A stretch of DNA of 62,861 nt, the filler included, from Dugesia japonica (Eukaryota), in the NCBI GenBank assembly GCA_001938525.1. It is 6 parts of 6 records of this genome, joined end to end, with 100 filler letters (N's around TTAATTAATTAA, not from the genome) between each part and the next. Parts side by side here need not be neighbours in the genome. Positions count along the whole stretch, not along the records: positions 1 to 12,436 come from MQRL01496159.1; positions 12,537 to 21,531 come from MQRL01630987.1; 4 more parts are not named here. One strand, given 5' to 3'. A program made the position numbers and the translations under genes. The notes below the pieces were generated by a model. The model worked only from the letters and a program-made list of their open reading frames with translations. It had not been told where the DNA came from and ran no database searches. Of this stretch, positions 1 through 13,578 are shown in pieces; within the stretch, counting starts at the first letter, position 1; each line of letters starts with the position of its first letter.

Positions 1-735
1 AATTAATATATTAAAATAGTATAAATATGTGCATTAGAACGTTAAACATAATTTCTATTTTGATTAATTTTATTCTTCACTTCTGATAATTAAAAAGGAG
101 TCAAAGTAACACTATAGTTTGTGAATACGTTAGAACACAAAAAGAATAAGAAATATTTTTGATTTTGAAATATTTGCCAAAAAATTAGAGGAAAATAAAG
201 AATATTCTCTTCATCATAAGAATAATGATTCAAACATAAATGAAAAGATTTTCTCAAAAAAATGAACGAAAAGCAATTACATTTTGAGCTGTTAAAATTA
301 GTTTCAGTAAAATTTTATCAACAGATGTTTCATATATATATAAAAAGAATTATAAGAGAAAAAAATTTAGACACATATTAATAATAAGAAAATGTGATAT
401 TATAATAATTCTTAAAGAAAATGGTGTGTTATGTTAAAATCTTATCAGCAAATGAGAATTATAATCATAATTACTAAATAAATCCATAAATAGTTACCAG
501 ATATCTGCATTTTATTTTATGTCTCTTTTCAAAATTTTATGTTCTGTAAAATGATAAATAAATAGTTAATGCTATTTAAAATAAAATTTAATTGTTATAT
601 ATTTCTGAGGATCAACTGTCATCATCAAACATAAATGAGTTTATTCAGTCTATATTATTTAAAAAAAGATTCAAGAAACTATACTGAATATAAGTTGGCT
701 ATAATTCTTAATTTTTTAAATTTTAAAAATTTTCT

Positions 736-2200
736 TGAAGTAATGAAATTTAATTCTAATACACTTAGTTGGCAATTTAAAAATTGCTTCATTAAATAAC
801 TAATACATAAATATTTTAAAATTTCTCTGTGTATTTAGTTGGGAAAAAATTTTGCACCTAAAATATGTCATTAGATTAATTTCACTGGTGAAATTTTATG
901 TAATAGGATTAATTATTTTTGAATTTTTCCAATGTATTTAGATGGGACAATTTTTAAGGCTTTTGAAGCAGTAGAATTTTTTAGTTGGGAATTTATTCTG
1001 TGATATCGAATTTAGTCAATTTTTTTATTGGTTTTAGGTGGTTTTTGTCCAAAATTTCCTCGGTGAGTTCGAATGTGGTCAACTTTATAGTTGGTTCAGA
1101 TAAATTTGGTCCAATATCATTGGGATTGGTAATTTTTTGGGTGATACGGTCAATTTTTTTAGTCAATTTAGACAATATTGGTCAATTATTTTCTCGGGAA
1201 TGGTTAAGTTGGTTACCTTTTGTATGATTATGTTAATTTTCGATTGGTTCAGGTGAATTTGGGTCATTTTAAAGCGTTTTGGACAATTATTTCCTCGGAT
1301 TGGTCAATTTGAGTTGAATTTTTACGGAAATTCATGGAAAAGTCGAATTTGTTTAAATTTAAGTNTAAAGTTTTTTAAAATTATTTTAAACTTTTATGGT
1401 AAATTTGTGAAATTGAGTCATTTTTGTTTAAATTTTCAGATTTTTAAAATTTTTTAATCTGGGAATAAATCTGAAATTACAAATTTTTTTTGTCGAGATT
1501 TTTACATCAATCTATGCAAAATTCGATGGAGATTATTTTTCACAAATGAAAATTTTTTCGAAAAAATTATTTCTAATTTTTCATTAAATAACCATGTATA
1601 TTAGATGGAAAACTTTATGCTGATTTTAAATAAATAATCCTAAAAACGCCAAAGTTAATCTGGGAGGAAATAAATATGGTTCTGTGGTGAAAAATCTCAA
1701 ATTTTCAATTTCGGTGCTCAATTTTCTTTTCTTACATAAGTCGTATGGTTTTGAATTTAGTTTTATTTTACTAAAAAGGAAAAATTGACTAAGTAAAGTT
1801 AAAATATCTTCTCGGTAAAGTTTCTTCCAAACGAAGTTTTTCAGCTACCCTCTTGGATTTGATAACTGTTTTCGAAAATTGAAAAGGTATACCAAATTTC
1901 GCCAAGAAGGAATCTATTCAAAAGAACATCTTTCACTGATTTTAAATATGTAAACCTAAAATCATCAAACCTTATAGATAAAAGATATATTGAAAAAATA
2001 CAAAATATTTTGTGAGTCTCGGAGGAAATTATGAATTTTGAAAAGAGTAACTCAAATTTGAACATCAAAGTATCTTTTTGATGGGGAATTTGACGTTGAG
2101 TAATAAAAACATGGTTACAAATCATCAAACCTTATAAATAAAAAGTAATAGAAAAAACAAAGTGAAAAAATATATAGTCACTCATAGGAATCGAAGCACC
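736..2200 (+). repeat. Left arm of a long inverted repeat (foldback/long-TIR family)
   Basis: TGAAGTAATGAAATTTAATTCT...TTGGCAATTTAAAAATTG at 736 is the reverse complement of the end of 10681-10740. Collinear inverted similarity continues inward, e.g. CATGGTTACAAATCATCAA near 2110 versus near 9540. Internal sub-repeats (TTAGTTGGGA, TTGGTTCAG) are present. Confidence 0.8.
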
Positions 2201-2749
2201 ACTGATGAACTGGAAAAGAACTGCTATTAAAAACTTATATTTTAATATAACAGTAATTAAAAAGAGTCAACAAATAATATCAGATAAATAATATCATTTG
2301 TCTAGTACATGACTTTAAAACTGTCTGATTTTCATCGTAAAAGAAATTGGTCCTTTCAGCTTTTTCCTTGAATATTGCTGGCATTTATATTGCTTATTTT
2401 ATTTTCAACTTTTATTTAGTGTAATTCGTCAGTTATTTCATATAGGATTTTATAAATGTCCTCGTTCAGTTGCTGCTTGTTTTTGTTGTCTTTCAGTGCT
2501 CCTCCTGAATTATTCTCTGTAATACAAAATAGCATTTCTACCGTAGTAGAATGTTAACTAAGAATCTTTATTAAACGAAATATTTTTGGCAATAAAATCA
2601 ACCTTATCTTTACTTTTCATTTCAAATAATTTAATTACGTAATATTAACAGATTTCTCTATAAAGTTTAAATACAGTAAGATTTATGTATCTCATTTCAT
2701 ATACAATTTGTTTATTTATATTTTAACATTTGTTAGAGTGTTTAACTAA

Positions 2750-5700
2750 GTTTCCCAGTCGAGTGATATCTCTAAATACGAATAGAATATTCGATGTTTG
2801 ACAGTGCACATTGTTTTAAGATTGACTAGATTTTATCACTAGAAAGACCTATTTCAGAAAGAGCTGAATAAGTAGATTTAGGAACACTTCCAAGAGAGCC
2901 AACAATGAAAGTTCTAAGTTCGACTTTGTAATCAGGTTTGGCAATTCTTATTTTGTCACTGAGACTATGTATTTTACAATGTTGTTTTTGTCAACCTCAA
3001 CAAAATTTCTGATGGGCATTTAATGTCCAATAAATGGATTTATTTTGCCCCATCATTTGTAATTATTAAATCTACTCTTTGCTTAGAGTCAGGAACAGAT
3101 GAACATGTGTGATCACTCATGATAATTCTTGATGGTTATTTAAGAGAGGAAACAAGGTTTTCACGAAAAGTATTGTGACATTCTGTTGTCAGTGATTTTG
3201 TTACTCTGGAATTTTGTAACACGTGCGCAATCGTTTCTTTACAACCATGGCATTGACGACACAGTCTTTGTTCTGTATTAATGTTTTGAGGTCTCGCATT
3301 AATTGATAATACATTAGTCCGAGCTTTATGAATAAAGTTTCATGCAAATATTCTAACCTCACTTCGAAAGATTGATTTATTGATATCAGAAGTTAATCTA
3401 ACTGCATCACCAATTAAATTGCACTTTTTGCTATTATGTCATTTCAGTGCATATGATTCTTGAAGTTTTCTATGTAGTATAAAAGCGATTTTGCTATGAA
3501 ACTTCCAACTTGAATGTGCCTTTTGATATAGTTATTATGCGCAATGCAATACCTTTATTAAAGATTTCAAATTTCATTTTAATATTCTTAGTTTTATTGA
3601 AGAAATGTAACGCATTTTTAGGTCTTATCCATTGAAATTTTCTAGAGTTTTTTCTCTAATTTAACGGTATTTAATTAATTAACGGTATTTTCTAATTTAT
3701 TTAAGTTATCACTATAGTTTAGAAATGCAAATGTTGATTCGAGTGATGGAATAATCGTCTTTATAGAGGATTTGTGACAAAACACAAATTATCTCTATTG
3801 ATTATTTCTGTTTCTTTACAGTTTGTTGTTAACATTCGAAATGTTTGGAAAATACTTTGTGTATGGTATTCATTCAATAGATGAAAACAGGTCACTCCAC
3901 CATCTTCTGTTGAACAATAAAATTAAGCTATTTCAGAATTTTCTTGGTGGGTTCATCATTTTCCGTAATTGATCCTTTAATTTATTTGTAATATTAAAAT
4001 TGTAATGGGAGTTACAATTAGGTGCAGTTAAAGCTTTTGTTTTAATTTTCCTAGTGCGGAACGGAAATATCAATCTAGAATGAATAAACACTTTGTATGA
4101 TTTTAGTTTTTGCCAACCTAATAAATCAGAATTTGCCATTTTTTCAGCATCACATACAACAGTTGATAAAGTTTGTTGATCAGTAGACTCTCCAATTGGG
4201 ACACCAAGGTTTGAATAAAATTCTTTCGTTGTATGCTTTTTTGTTTAAAAATTGAGATTTCATCAATGATATTCATTCTTGGTAGTCGGAGATGAGCACA
4301 CTTATCTGGCTGAAATTCCAGTCCAATTTTCACTGCAATAAATGTTGCTTGATTGATTAACTTTTGTAGATCTTCAACGTTGTTTGCTATCAGTGAAATA
4401 TCATATGCCAAGACTTGTATTCCAGAATCACCCAGCATAAATCTAGAAACATTTTGTGTGTATCTTATATCTTCTAACACTGGATTTATTGCTATAGCAA
4501 AGAGTGTCATTGAGAGTGGACAACCCTGTTTGACACTTTTTTATGGGAATACTTTGAGTTAATATGTTGCCACAGCTATATATTGAGCTAGAGTTTATAT
4601 ATAGGCTTCTTACAATATTGATGAAGCCTCATCTATTCCAACACAACGTAACATTGACCACTTGTATTCATGAGGAATTCTTCCAAAAGCGTCTTTTATA
4701 TCAAGCCACGCTATAGCAATCGGGCAGGATTTATTGTATTTTGAGTATTCTTAAGCCGCTGTTAAGATTGAGTTGTGTTTAACACATCCTTTATGTTCAG
4801 AGCCACCTTTTTGAAATTGATAAAGAACATTATTTTTTGACCCAAAAATTTAGTCGTCTTGTAAGAATTGCTGCAAATATTTTGTATATCACTGACAATA
4901 AAGCAATTGGATGCCAAGATGAAATCTTATTATACAAATTCTTTTTATCAGACTTTGGAATTAGATTAGTTTTGAATGATGTCCAAGCATTTGGTTTGAT
5001 ATCGTTAGATATAATTTTATTGTACAGTTGTTAAAGTACTTTTCCTTCAGGATCGAGATATTTAATGTTTTTAAAGGTGATATTGTCTAGTCCTGAAACG
5101 GTATTTTCTACTTTTTTCAATTCATTAAGAATATGTCGACGATGAATTTGATCAAGTGTTAATGGGGATAGAGATTTTCTGACATCTTTCGTTAAAATTC
5201 CACTTGAATTTATCTGGTTCATCATGATGTAAGTATTTTTCAATATCTTCTAATCTTGGTTTTGCATTTGTTGAATCTCCATCTGAAAGAATGGAGTAGA
5301 TTGTTTTCTTCATATTCTTATTAAAAATGATCTCAGTTTATATTTATCGATGTTGAATTTGAGTATTTTGTTAGCATTTGTTATGCGATTTTCTTTACTA
5401 AGCTTTACTTTCTGCATTTAAAGCTTTGAGCTTTCAAATATTTCAATTTGATTAGTTTCGTCACTTGAAACGTATCGTACCCATGTCATTGATATTTTGA
5501 TTGCTAAGTGAACGGTTAAATGTAAAATGCTTAATAAAACAACAAATCATAACTTTTGAGAACAAACCAGAACCTCGCACATCATGTAGACAGTTTTTGA
5601 ATACAGAAAAGTAGGTCTCACGACAGGCGATCTCATTAATTTTTGAAGTATATTGTTACTAATTTCCAAGTGAAAGAGTCGTTGGATTTAGTAAGTAGTG

Positions 5701-7888
5701 CTCAGACATTTCATAATCGATAACTAAAAGCAGACAATGAGATTTTGAAGAATGAAAGATTGCAAAACTCATTTTTGCATTACAAAAGTTATCGAAATTT
5801 AAATGATCAAGCATATGTTCAGTGCAATTTATCGATGGTTATCAATTTANTCATAAGTAAACAAATAGTTTTTATTATCAGTAATGGAGATTTCTGCATC
5901 AGTCAAAAGTGAATTTTGTATACAAACTGATGCAAGTATTTCCCGTCATTTATTGTTGAGCGTTAATTTTCTTTCATTAGTTGACCGTAAGGTTTTTGAG
6001 ATAGGCGTTTGAATTTTAGTAACTAACACAACGAGTTCAGCATTTAAATCTGTACTGAGTTTGCTAGGGAAATTATTTAGGCATAGATAACATAAAATAC
6101 CGGTGCAGTGGTTTACCTCAGTGTCAAACATTTTTCAAAGTTTGAGCATATTTTACAGATTTTAGTGTTTTTAATTTCGCTAAGTGTGGCAACCGTATTT
6201 TCAATAATTTTAGGGTCAGCTTTAATCTTGCAATTTAAATTTAAAATTTCGTTAGTTAACAAATTTTTATTTGTGTTATTATTCTGATTACTAGCAGATT
6301 TGTTAAAACCGATATTTGTCTCTAAAGAATCTTTAAGGTAATCAATAATTTCTTNCTAATGTTTACTGCTTTCAGTGGAAAGTATTTTCTTTGACTTATT
6401 GGGAATTTTAAAGGAGTATTTTCCATTTTGTGTTGTATTATATTTGTTTCTAAGGTTCCAGTAAACAACCCTTTTAGATTTATTTTCATTAGTGTTTCGT
6501 AATCACTATTTATTTTATAATTATTGACAGCTTTTCATAGTTTAAAGACAATATCTAATTGAAGTTTAAATCCCTTGTATTTTGTTTCAATAGGTTTGAA
6601 GAAATTATTCATCATCACTATAGAATCATTTGAAATAATTCCAATTAGGTTATTAATTTTGGCAGATAACTGTTGTTTTTGAAATTTCAAGAATCTTTCT
6701 TGACAACTTTTACTATAGTAATAATCAGAGGNAAGCTGTGAGATAATTGTAGGTTCCCAATTGTCAAAATTGTTGTCATCAAAATCAAAAATTTCAATTA
6801 TTCTAATAAAAGAATGCATTATACCATAATTTCGAATATAGTTTGAGACATAACTGCGGTAGTTTTGATATTTTTGGAATTTAATTTCCTCGAATTTTAA
6901 GATAATTCAAAAAGAATATGACTTCTACAATCTTATGATTTTCATTTTCATTCGTCAAAGGTTTGTTCCAATCTTCATTATCCTTACCAATTTCGAAACG
7001 ATTAAACTGACCCAAGTCAAACATTACATCGCTTTCAAATTCATAATTTGAATCTTGAGCACCACAATGCTGACTTGTGTCGGATATTTTAACAAATTTG
7101 CCGCCTTCAAAATAAATATTTTCCGGAAATTTTTTATTGACTTTCAGCGAGTTTATAAGGTTTTGGACAGAATTACACTCAGCTGAATTAACAAATATTA
7201 GTTTTTCAATTTATCCATGTGATTTTAGTAGAGATTTTAATTGTGAACGAGACAAACCAGTATTTCTACAATTATCAATAAAGTTTTCTAAATTTAAGGC
7301 AGAATTGTCAAATAGGTCATTATACATAAATTGACCAACAACAAATCTTGGTTTATATTGTATTAAATATTCCGGTAGTTTACTCATTGTTATTTTAGAT
7401 TTTAAAATTGCGTTTATTCTATCCCTTTTAATTTTATCATTCTTTATGAAGGAGATTGCATTAAATTCATTGAAATGTGCAAATAGAAACTTTTTAATGG
7501 GAATTGGCACATTAACTTGTTTGTTTGAATTCAAATTACAGTGAATTAACTTATTTCCGATTATGTTTATTTTATTAGAAATTTTATTTCTATTATTTTG
7601 AATTTTACTTGTACATATCAAGTTAGTAGTTATGCATACATTACCGTTTCTATAGAATAAGTATGACTTACCATAGCCATTTGGTAATTTATTAGCAGTG
7701 ATTTTCAGATTATCAGAGATCACTGTAGAGTTAGTAGATTTTAACGATTTTTCCGTTTTTATTTTAGTATTTGAATAATTATTGTTTTCAGAGGGATTAC
7801 TATTATTAAAACAATTTGGATTGTTCGCATTATCACCAGAAAACAAATTACAATTTTCATTGATTTTGTAAACAGAAACATTGTCCAT
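2750..7888 (-). mobile_element. Decayed R2/NeSL-group non-LTR retrotransposon (N-terminal region, Zn finger, possible protease, RT, CCHC knuckle, restriction-like endonuclease)
   Basis: Minus-strand translation with stops and frameshifts. RT motifs: SGLDNITF, AWLDIKDAFGRIPH, KQGCPLSMTLFAIAINP and QVLAYD (~4380-5100). Knuckle: CRQCHGCKETIAHVLQ (~3215-3265). RLE: RVDLII...LLDIKCP and TFIVGSLG (~2890-3080). CKIC/CYLC near 6080-6160. A 225-aa low-complexity N-terminal ORF at 7211-7888. Confidence 0.9.
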
Positions 7889-8162
7889 TATTAAACTTCA
7901 CACTGAATATATACCTTGTAACCAATAACCGCTTAATTATTCACAATTTTCTCTCTTAATATAGATAATTCCTTTGTAAACAGACCCTCTAATGTGTTTT
8001 ATTAACCAATTAATAATCAACTTGTATCAAACTTATATCAAATTAATTAAACAACTAAATCCTTAAAAAGAAATTTTATTCAATCAAAGTAAAATAATTA
8101 ATGAAACATTTATGAAGTTTTAAAATTAATCAAACAGTATATTTAAGATCAATGAAAAGCTA

Positions 8163-8400
8163 GACTATCGAAGAGTGAAAAAATTAGTAAAGAGTGAAGA
8201 CCTGCAAAGAGCGAAAAAACCATTGATTACTAAGGATCAGTGCATAGCAATCAGAGCTCTGATGACTAAATGTCAGTGAAGAGTGAGCAGAGCTTAGATG
8301 ACTGAAAACCACTACGCAGTGAACAAAACATTGATGTCTGAAGACTAGTGAACAGAGATTTGATAACTGACTAGTGGATTGTGAGAAAATACCAATGAAT
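8163..8400 (+). pseudogene. Degenerate copy A of a small unannotated coiled-coil-like ORF, antisense to the adjacent retrotransposon
   Basis: Translates ...LQRAKK...AIRALMTKCQ*RVSRA*MTENHYAVNK, which aligns without gaps to the copies at 20530, 52263 and 58942. Confidence 0.55.
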
Positions 8401-9519
8401 AGTAAATTATCACATAAAGGAGTCAAAACCAGTAAAAACGTAGACCTGATTCAATATTAATTGGGACTGAGAGCATCTAATGTTAACATTAATAATGTTT
8501 GGAATCAGCAATTATTTAATATTACTAGAAAACAACCTATATGAGGTACTTGCTTTTTGATTTATTTCATTAAGAGTAAAGTTTGACAATTATTATACTA
8601 ATATTAATGAATTTTATGTTTGTTTAATCGCATCGAATTAATGAAAATTATGTATCTAATCATTTTATATGAACACGTTTTATTTCGTCATAATTTTAAA
8701 ATTCAGATAAAAAATAAGTGACTTCTTTAATTTTTGAATAGACTTTTAATTTAAATATTTAGAAAAATGAAATATTCAACCAAATATTATGAGGAAAATT
8801 AAATCCGGTTAGTTTTGTTAAATTTAAAATTGTATTTTGTTATTGTGTTACTTATGATTTTAATATGGGTTTAGAGTCAAATAATATGAATGATGCATGT
8901 ATTTTAATTTTAATTTTAAAATAAATAGTTAATGGTATTAACATTTTTAATAAATCTTGTTTAAATTCATTATTTGAATTAAATGTAAACTTTTCAAATT
9001 TCAAATTGAATTTGACTTGGTTTAGAAATTATAAATACAAAATATAAACTAAGTTTTAAAATGTGTGTCAATATTCTTTAAATTACATAGAATTTTAATA
9101 AATTTATATAAAAGTTTAATAAATATAATAATTTCCATAACCTTTCTTGGATTTCATTAGATTTTCACCAATATCTAACTGGACCAATAAATAACATGAA
9201 TTATGCTCAAGATATTAAGAATCATATGAACAAAATTTATTGAAATAAGTTGAGATTTGTTGATTTTATCAATGTTTACCGTTTATTTTAACTATTATTA
9301 AAAATGTATGTATTTTCACATAATTTAACTTGTGAAATTTGAATTTAATTATGATTTTACTCTTTCCTTTACGATTAATTTGATGACTATTAATTAATGA
9401 TGAATTGAAATTTTAATGATTAGTTTAATAAATACAATTAATTTTATTAAAAATTTAATACTTATAGATTTTTTCAAGAATCAACTAATATAAAGTACTA
9501 GCTTTTTCAATTTATTTAA

Positions 9520-10740
9520 TAAAGAATAAAGATTGATGATTTGTAACCATGTTGTTCTTACTCAACATAAAATTTTCTATCGAATAGAAATTATTATACT
9601 TTTTCATTTTTCGTAAAAAGTTATCAAATCCAAGAGAACAACTGAATATCTTCCTTACGAAGCATTTTTGCCGAGAAGCATTTATAACTTTAGTTAGTCA
9701 CTTTTTCCTTTTGAGTAAAATAAAACTAAATTCGAAACCATGCGACCTATGAACGGAAAGAAAATCGAGCACCAAAATTCAAAGTTTAAGATTTTTCACC
9801 ACAAAACCACTTGTATTGCATCCCGGAAAAACTAAGGTGATGTTAAGTTTGTATATTTGGAATCATCAAAAGTTTCTCTGTTTAATAAACATGGTTATTT
9901 AATCTAAAAATGAGAAATAATTTTTACGAAAAATTGTTATTTGTGAAAAATAATCTCCATCGAATTTTTCACCGATTGATGAAAAAATTTCGTCAAAAAA
10001 TTTTTGAAATTTCAGATTTTATCCCGGATTCTCATAAAAATTTGATTAAAAAATTTTAAAAATCTGAAAATTTCAACAAAAAATACCTAATTTCACCAAT
10101 TTACCACAAAAGTTAAAATAATTTTAATAAAATGAAATTTTAAACAATTTCGACTTTTTCCATGAATTTCCGTAAAAATTCAACCCGAATTGAGCAACCC
10201 GAGGAAATAATTGTCCAAAGCGCTCAAATATTACCCGAATTCACCTGAACCAATCATGAACTAATGAAATCAAACTTCACCATTCCTTGGGAAATAATTG
10301 ACCAATATTCCCTAAACCGAATAAATAATTGAGCAAATCAAGCAAAATTAACAATTCCGATGAAATATTGGACCAAATTTTTCTGAACCAGCCATAATCT
10401 TGACCTCATTTGACCTCACCTAGGAAACTTTGAACAAAAACCACCCAAAACCAATAAAAGATTGACCATATTTGATCTCACCAAATAAATTCCTAACTAA
10501 AAAGACTGCTTAAAAAGCATAAAAATTTTCCCAACTAAATAGATTGGAAAATTCAAAAACAGTTAATCCTAATACATAAAATTTCTCCTATGAAATTAAT
10601 CCGATAACATAGTTTGTGTGCAAATTTCTTTCCCAACTAAATAACACAGGGAAATTTAAAAACAATAATGCATTAGTTACTTAATGATACAATTTTTAAA
10701 TTGCCAACGAAATGCATAAGAATTAAATTTCATTACTTCA
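9520..10740 (-). repeat. Right arm of the long inverted repeat (foldback/long-TIR family)
   Basis: Diverged reverse complement of ~736-2140, with an internal indel. Confidence 0.8.
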
Positions 10741-10859
10741 CACTAGGGGGTTACCAAATATGTGATGTTCTTGTGTACTACTATTTATCTTTTGTTTTTT
10801 TTGCTGGATGAACCGTTTGTTGTGAATATTCAAGACAGTGTAGAAATCAAAAAATCCAA

Positions 10860-11010
10860 AAAGTCAATTACTGACGAAGACAAAGTCGAAATATCGAATG
10901 AATCTCAAAAAGTAATTAAAAAAAATTTTTGATCGAAGCTTTTTTTTTAAATGAATTCTAAAAAACGATCAACGGTTATGTCCAACAATTATTCTCGCAA
11001 TAATATATAT
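10860..11010 (+). repeat. Short dispersed repeat family (other copies at ~29230-29310 -, ~54030-54160 +, ~55970-56055 -)
   Basis: Shared core GATCAAYGGTTAYGTCCAA.AATTA.TCTC.CAATAAT in four places. Confidence 0.75.
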
Positions 11011-11557
11011 AAATGATGTTTGTTAATAATTAATTGATTGATTTGAACAAATTTCCACATATTTTCTGATTCCAGGATAATTTCATGATAATCCAATGTC
11101 TTTAGTTCAATGATCACCACTTTTACACTTGCAAAAACATTGACACATAATGACTTGTACTTGTTGACTCTTAATGATTAAAATAATTCCGGTTCGAACC
11201 AAGAATCTAATACACTGCTCAGTTTATATTTTAAAATTTTACATTAATGGATTGAATGCCATCTTTTTGGATTTTGAGATTTTTGGAGGTAATTCGTTTA
11301 TCTATGATTGGTTTTTTGCATTACACGATTTGACATTTTTCAGATTCAAAAACAATTACTGAATAATCTTTCATTTTCATTATATATTGTCTGGGTTTCT
11401 TACAGATATTAAATCGAAGATCTAGAAGTAAATAAATTAGATGAGCTAAGTAACTATTATTTGATAAGATTGTTTAGCTACAAATGAGCAACAATCATGA
11501 GCTTATACTCGTATACTCTTTTCATGTAAACAAAATCATTTTTATGGTTTTGGTAAA

Positions 11558-12090
11558 ATGTTACTACAAAACAACGCGAATTTCAAATAGTTGGTCAAAG
11601 TGGAAGCGGTAAAACATTATTTGTTTGCAAAATACTACAAAGCAAATAGTTTCGGTCAAAGTTCAAACATATTTATTGGCATCAAGGTGGTGGATGTGAA
11701 GTTGGCTTGACTGATTGTGCATTTCGCAAGTTGAGAAAGATTACTTGATGGATTTAATGAGGATTAGTTAAAGAGATTAAATACTGCGGATGTTATTGTA
11801 ATGTCATTTTCATCACCCAAAATCCTTTTCATCAAAGTGATATACGTAATTTAAATGTGCATTATTTGGATTTATTCAAAAATCCACGAGATCAAACCGT
11901 GATTGATTATATTTGTCTTCAAGCATTTCCTCACAATAAATGATTTTTATCTGATGCATTTTGCAATGTTACTACAAAACCACAGGGATATCTATTTATT
12001 CATTTTACCCAGCAATATCGNGATGATGAACGAGTAAAAACCGATATATTCAATTCGGAAGATATAACTGTCTACAAACCATTGGTATAA
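11558..12090 (+). pseudogene. Polinton/Maverick (adintovirus-like) packaging ATPase relic
   Basis: Walker A motif IVGQSGSGKTLFV, then ITQNPF...NLNVHYLDLFKNPRDQ...AFP...TTKPQGYLFI...RVKTDIF, the characteristic Polinton A32/FtsK-like ATPase pattern. Interrupted by stops and frameshifts. Confidence 0.85.
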
Positions 12091-12436
12091 ACAAAATTAG
12101 TAATTATTAAAAGAAAACAAGTAATGTATCTATTTTAAAAAGTTGTCATCAAACCAAAGGGTTGTGTTCCGGTAATGTTAGACGAATTTTACAAAGTATT
12201 TCATATTTTATCTCAAATTTAATGGCTCCATCAAATTCACGATAGCAAAATATGCATTCAATGCAGGCATGTGCATTGAATGATTTCATTAGTGTTTTGC
12301 AACAAATTGTTTTGACCCGACTCAATCTAGGTCAGTAGGTAGATAGAAGCGCATCGGATCACCCCTCTCGTCAAGGTCAAATTTTTAAAAGGTCAGTGAT
12401 CTAGTATACTCGATTCTGATTGGTCAGTGATCTAGT

Positions 12437-12536
12437 NNNNNNNNNNNNNNNNNNNNNNNNNNNNNNNNNNNNNNNNNNNNTTAATTAATTAANNNNNNNN
12501 NNNNNNNNNNNNNNNNNNNNNNNNNNNNNNNNNNNN
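12437..12536. other. Artificial contig spacer (44N-TTAATTAATTAA-44N)
   Basis: 100-bp spacer with stop codons in all six frames, repeated identically five times in the window. Confidence 0.95.
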
Positions 12537-13578
12537 ATAACAATGGTCAGTTTTGATGATTTTATTTAAATTTTCAAGTTTAAAAATTTTACGGAAATTC
12601 GGGGAAAATTTAATTTTGTTTAAATATTTATATTTTTAAATTTTGAAATCAAATTTTTATGGGAATCCGGTAAACAACCCAAATTTTTAAAAATTTTTTT
12701 TTTCGAGATTTTTACATTAATTGATGGAGATTATTTTTCAAAAATAAAATTTGATAGAAAATTTTACGCTGAGTAAGAATAACATGGTTAGAAATCGTCA
12801 ATCACGAATGAAATAAAATTAAAAAACAAAGAGTAAAATAAATACTCAATCACTTGGTTTGAACCCACTATTGATTAGTCGTAAAATTTTGCAAGGGCAG
12901 GTTTTCAGAATTTTAATGTTATGAATTTACATTTGCATATGATGACAAATTTATTTGTTGACTTTGAATTTTAATGTTCATTAGGAGGAGTTTCTGATAT
13001 CAAGTACATATTTTTCGATTTATTTCATCAGAGATAAAGATTGGCGATTTCTAACCATGTTATTATTACTCAGCCTAAAATTTTCTATCAAATAGATACT
13101 TTGGTGGTAAAAATCAAGTGATAAAATGTTTTTCGGATATTCAGTGTTNNNNNNNNNNNNNNNNNTTGACTATTTATTTTACACTTGTGTTTTCGATTTA
13201 TTTCAACAAGGATAAAGTTTTACGATTTTAACCGTATTAATAATGGTCATTGAAAAATAAATTTAAAATGAATTCATTTAAATTATTACCATTAAAATTG
13301 TAATCAATTAATTGTAATTATTAAATTAATTATCTTAAAGTTAATTCAACATTAATTAAAAGTCAACAGATGAAATAAATAAATTAAACCTATCCCATAA
13401 AAATTTGATTTAAAAATTTTAACAAAATGGAATTTTCCCCGAATTTCCGTAAAATTTTTAAACTTGAAAATTTAAATAAAATCATCAAAACTGACCATTG
13501 TTATCAAATATTTGACCGAAATCAACCGAATAGACCAATATGTGCAAATTGCTTATCAAAAATCACGAAAATAGACCA
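12537..13578. mobile_element. Short foldback/MITE-like element of the same long-TIR family, with nested inverted repeats
   Basis: 12537-12665 is the reverse complement of ~13395-13505, and ~12750-12805 is the reverse complement of ~13040-13092. Both share motifs with the 736-2200 arm (TTTACGGAAATTC, GAGTAA.AA.AACATGGTTA). Confidence 0.7.

Noticed and set aside
985-1227. ORFs on both strands as host genes
   Set aside because: They lie inside the internally repetitive inverted-repeat arm, and the right-arm copy does not appear in the ORF track.
2600-2800. rDNA, spliced-leader or U2 snRNA target sequence at the 3' flank of the RLE element
   Set aside because: No recognisable rRNA, SL or snRNA sequence at this flank or elsewhere in the window.
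12481-12492. Recurring palindrome TTAATTAATTAA as a biological repeat or CRISPR-like element
   Set aside because: Always embedded in equal N runs totalling 100 bp; a standard all-frame stop linker.
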